Of a stretch of 64,000 bases of DNA, positions 60,476 to 64,000 are shown one piece after another. Each line of letters opens with the position of its first letter. The stretch's first letter is position 1. This DNA is from an uncultured delta proteobacterium (GTDB taxonomy: Bacteria > Desulfobacterota > Desulfobacteria > Desulfobacterales > B30-G6). The notes below the pieces were generated by a model. It was not told the DNA's origin and searched no databases. It saw nothing but the letters and a program-made list of their open reading frames with translations. A program made the position numbers and the translations under genes. The stretch spans positions 96,001 to 160,000 of the forward strand of contig CAWGLD010000003.1 in assembly GCA_963823335.1 (NCBI GenBank), read 5' to 3'.

Positions 60476-60836
60476 TTCAGAAAGTCGAACTGATAAATAG
60501 AAAGCGGCTTAGCCGCGTCAGATAAAATTGCAATGCAATTTTATGTATAAACACTCTGTAAAAATCCGTCAAACAGAAACATCGGGTGAACCGCAATCGC
60601 GCTCGCTAATTTTGTGGCGAATCGACGCCCCGCCTCTTTTCAAGCAATATTCCGGGTTGTATAACGCTTTCGTCCGTATTGACTTTTCGGGCATCTTTGA
60701 ATAGAGTGCCATAGTCTATATTTACTCCGTATCGAAAACTTGGTCTTCTGGGCCAGGTCGGTGACAGTTCGCTATGCCGATGACGATAATCGTTTAAATC
60801 CGAAGCACAAAGCACGAAATGCTAAACAATACCTTA

Positions 60837-63083
60837 ATGATCCCTTTTCTGAAAAAAATAATCAGCATTACCCCCTTGACCCTATCCTCTCTCTTGATTC
60901 TTTCCGGTATCCTCCTTTATCTCATCGAAGTACCATTCTTGGAACTGATGGAACTGAAAACCGTTGACTTGCGTTATGTCAACCGAGGGAGTTCCGAGTT
61001 CGAATCCGATGTGGTCCTGGCCGTTATCGATGAAGAGAGTATCGATAAAGAGGGAAAATGGATCTGGCCCAGATCCAAGATGGCGAATCTCGTCAACAAG
61101 CTTTCGGAGGCGGGTGCCAGGGTTATTTCTTTTGATGTCGGTTTTCTCGAACCGGATGAAAAGAGTGTTTTCAGAACCATTGAAGAGATCGAGAAAAAAC
61201 TCACTATCCTCGATGGTGAGAGCCGGGCCTATCTGGAGGGATTAAAGCGGGCATCGGATAATGACCAGCTATTGGCGGACGCCATTGTTCGATCAAAAGC
61301 AAAGGTTGTCCTGGGTTATTTTTTTCAGATGGAGAAATCTCATTCCGCTGACCTGGACGGAGAAAAGCTCAAAATCCAACGTAAAAATATCCAGTCTTCG
61401 CGCTATGCCCAGGTGAAGTTTCAATCAGAGAAAGCCATGCACGTCCCTGTCATAGAGGCGCAGGTTGCCAATGCGAACATCACGGCAATTTCTCAGGCAA
61501 CAAGCTATTCAGGCTTTTTCAACATGTTTCCGGACAGAGATGGCGTGGTTCGCTGGATACCGGCAGTTATCGAGTATTCAGATGAAATGTATGCACCTCT
61601 GTCGCTCATGACCCTGAGCGCTTTCATGGATTCCCAACCGCTTGTGATCGTGGCTGACTATGGTATCGAGAAAATTCAGTTCAATGATTTTGTCATCCCG
61701 ACGGATGAGTTGGGCCGTATCATGATCAATTATCGTGGGGATGCCAAATCCTTCCGGCATATACCGGTCACAGACATTCTCAACGACAAGGTGTCGGAGA
61801 GTGAACTGAAAGGCAAGGCGGTTATCGTCGGGGCTACAGCAATCGGTATTTATGACATGCGGGTGACACCCTTCACGAGCGTTTTTCCAGGCGTTGAAAT
61901 TCATGCCAGTATCGTCGACAGCGTTTTAAGGGGCGAGTTTCTGTATCATCCGACATGGGCTGCCGTTTTTGACATCCTGGCAATTGTCTTGGCTGGACTT
62001 CTCCTGAGTGTCGTTCTGCCGAGGGCCGGTGTTTTTTTAGGTGTCCTGACGGTCTGTGCTCTCTTTTTCGGTCACATCTTTTTTTGTCAGTATCTGTTCA
62101 GCAGGCAGGGGTGGATTTTAAACATGGTTTATCCTTTGCTGGTTATCCTTTCTGTTTATATCAGCATTACGGTTTATAAATATCTAAGCGAATCGAGGCA
62201 GAAGCGTTTTATCCGCAGTGCCTTTTCCACGTATCTTGCCCCTACTGTCGTCCAGCAGCTCATCGACTCACCGGAACATCTGGAGCTGGGGGGTGAGGAG
62301 CGGGAGATCACCGCTTTTTTCTCGGATGTGCAGGGCTTTACGAGTATCTCAGAGAAACTGACACCCCATGATCTGGTGGATTTACTGAATGAATTTTTGA
62401 CCGAAATGACGAATATAATTCTCAAGCGCGAAGGAACTGTGGATAAATTCGAGGGAGATGCGATAATCGCTTTTTATGGTGCGCCGAACGCGCTTGAAAA
62501 CCAGGCCGAAACAGCGTGTTTGACCTGTGTAGATATGCAGAAACGCCTCGCTGAACTGCGCGAGAAATGGCACCAGGAGGGTAAGCCGGAGCTGAAGATG
62601 CGTATAGGACTGTCTACGGGTCCGGCAGTCGTCGGTAACATGGGGTCGCGAAACCGGATGGATTACACCATGATGGGAGACACTGTCAACACCGCCGCTC
62701 GACTGGAGGGGGTCAACAAGATTTATGGCATTTACACACTGGTTTGTGAAACCACTTTCAAGAAAGCAAGCCAGCGTGTCTGGGGTAGAGAGATCGATTC
62801 CATCAATGTTGTGGGCAAGGCTGAACCGGTTACAGTTTACCAGGTCCTTGGTTACGCGGAGGATATCGATGAAACCGGGCTTGCAATGACCGGTCTGTAT
62901 GCCGAAGGACTTCATTTTTACCGGCAACAGCGATGGGACGATGCCATTGAAAAATTTAATGCCGCTCTCGGGGTTTTTCCCGATGACGGCCCCAGCAAGG
63001 AAATGAGAGATCGGTGTACTTCCTATAAGGTAGAGCCACCGTCACAGGACTGGAATGGGTCTTATACGATGAAGAGCAAGTGA
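60837..63083 (+). CDS. CHASE2-domain adenylate/guanylate cyclase
   Basis: IDEESI...WPR, DRDGVVR and PGVEIHA (CHASE2), 3 TMs, FSDVQGFT, DKFEGDA and YTMMGDTVN.AARLEG; C-terminal TPR-like segment. Confidence 0.94.
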   Translation: MIPFLKKIISITPLTLSSLLILSGILLYLIEVPFLELMELKTVDLRYVNRGSSEFESDVVLAVIDEESIDKEGKWIWPRSKMANLVNKLSEAGARVISFDVGFLEPDEKSVFRTIEEIEKKLTILDGESRAYLEGLKRASDNDQLLADAIVRSKAKVVLGYFFQMEKSHSADLDGEKLKIQRKNIQSSRYAQVKFQSEKAMHVPVIEAQVANANITAISQATSYSGFFNMFPDRDGVVRWIPAVIEYSDEMYAPLSLMTLSAFMDSQPLVIVADYGIEKIQFNDFVIPTDELGRIMINYRGDAKSFRHIPVTDILNDKVSESELKGKAVIVGATAIGIYDMRVTPFTSVFPGVEIHASIVDSVLRGEFLYHPTWAAVFDILAIVLAGLLLSVVLPRAGVFLGVLTVCALFFGHIFFCQYLFSRQGWILNMVYPLLVILSVYISITVYKYLSESRQKRFIRSAFSTYLAPTVVQQLIDSPEHLELGGEEREITAFFSDVQGFTSISEKLTPHDLVDLLNEFLTEMTNIILKREGTVDKFEGDAIIAFYGAPNALENQAETACLTCVDMQKRLAELREKWHQEGKPELKMRIGLSTGPAVVGNMGSRNRMDYTMMGDTVNTAARLEGVNKIYGIYTLVCETTFKKASQRVWGREIDSINVVGKAEPVTVYQVLGYAEDIDETGLAMTGLYAEGLHFYRQQRWDDAIEKFNAALGVFPDDGPSKEMRDRCTSYKVEPPSQDWNGSYTMKSK

Positions 63084-63201
63084 CGGAATACCCAAAAGGG
63101 TAAAAGGGACCGATATTCTTTGGTTCTGCTTTTCACGATACTTGACCTGGATTCATTTTTGTTATAAAAGCAACCTGTCGATTACCACCAGTCATCATTA
63201 A

Positions 63202-63275
63202 TTGAACCACGATAGCGGGCGCATTCTCCCTGGCTTTCCGAAGATTTCTCGCAACCCGTTGTGAGACCTTTTCAA
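63202..63275. mobile_element. Degenerate family A element
   Basis: TTGAACCACGATAGCGGGCGCATTC...ATTTCTCGCAACCCGTTGTGAGACCTTTTCAA keeps both ends and the hairpin pairing. Confidence 0.55.
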
Positions 63276-63313
63276 ATAGAGGCAGCGCTTGGGCTAAAAC
63301 AGAAAAGTAGCGT

Positions 63314-64000
63314 ATGTATCATATTGAATCTGCAGGAATTACCGATATTGGCACCAAACGAAAAAATAACGAAGATGCGTTTTTTTTAAACGACGAGCAG
63401 CAGCTATATGTGGTTGCGGATGGTATGGGCGGACACCAGGCGGGTGAAGTTGCCAGCAACCTGGTGGTGGAAACGCTTTGGGATTACGTCAAGCGCTTCG
63501 ATGGTGATAGTGATGTGGAGGAGCTGACGGACCCAGATGAATCCTTATCCAAAGAAGCCAATCGACTGCTTTCGGGCATTTATCTGGCCAATAAGAGTGT
63601 ATTCCAGGCCTCCCAGAGCTGTGAGGACTATCGCGGTATGGGTTCAACCGTTTCATCCGTCTATTTTACAGACAACAGTCTTATTGCCGCAAACGTTGGT
63701 GACAGTCCCATTTACCTGATTCATGATGGTAGCATTGAGTTGCTGTCGGTTCTCCATACGGTCCTTGCCGAACAGCGTGCCATGGATCCTGACAATACCA
63801 AACAACTGGGCAATGAGTTCAAGCATATGCTGACCCGGGCAATAGGTGTCAACGAAACAGTCCAGGCCGATATATCTGAAATACAGTGCTTCAAGGGGGA
63901 TATGCTTGTTATCGGTTCTGATGGATTGACAGAAAAGATCACCAAGGAAGAGATTCACGAAATCGTAGCAAAGGAAAAGCCTGAGAAAGCCTGCCGGAAA
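63314..64000 (+). CDS. PP2C/PrpC-type Ser/Thr protein phosphatase, 3'-truncated by window edge
   Basis: Translated by hand: MYHIESAGITDIGTKRKNNED..VVADGMGGHQAGEVAS, ANVGDS, LTRAIG and SDGL; absent from the ORF track because there is no stop in the window. Confidence 0.92.
   Translation, partial: MYHIESAGITDIGTKRKNNEDAFFLNDEQQLYVVADGMGGHQAGEVASNLVVETLWDYVKRFDGDSDVEELTDPDESLSKEANRLLSGIYLANKSVFQASQSCEDYRGMGSTVSSVYFTDNSLIAANVGDSPIYLIHDGSIELLSVLHTVLAEQRAMDPDNTKQLGNEFKHMLTRAIGVNETVQADISEIQCFKGDMLVIGSDGLTEKITKEEIHEIVAKEKPEKACRK

Overview
Chromosomal segment that looks like a sulfate-reducing Desulfobacterota (Desulfobacterales-like) genome; this taxonomy is inferred from gene content and order. It contains: (1) the 3' part of a type II secretion operon (gspJ-K-L-M-N-C-D-E); (2) a roughly 12.6-kb sulfur/redox module in which a four-gene operon (Psr/Phs-family molybdoenzyme lacking a Tat peptide, a 4x[4Fe-4S] subunit, a [2Fe-2S]+2[4Fe-4S] protein and a GltD-like NADPH flavoprotein; no NrfD membrane anchor) is transcribed divergently from TauE transporters and a sigma54 two-component system, with a -24/-12 promoter on each side; (3) housekeeping genes (recJ, miaB, aminopeptidases, manA, xerD); (4) a heavily frameshifted and apparently chimeric binding-protein/TonB-receptor/adenylate-cyclase cluster; (5) a pfaD + pfaA-like iterative PKS; (6) a CHASE2 adenylate cyclase and a PP2C phosphatase. 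Intergenic DNA is crowded with at least eight families of short palindromic or MITE-like elements. One IS200/IS605-like mini-element sits in frame inside the PKS, and a 26-bp module is nested in both orientations inside another element. I found no rRNA, tRNA, CRISPR array or transposase. All calls come from reading motifs by eye; no searches were run.
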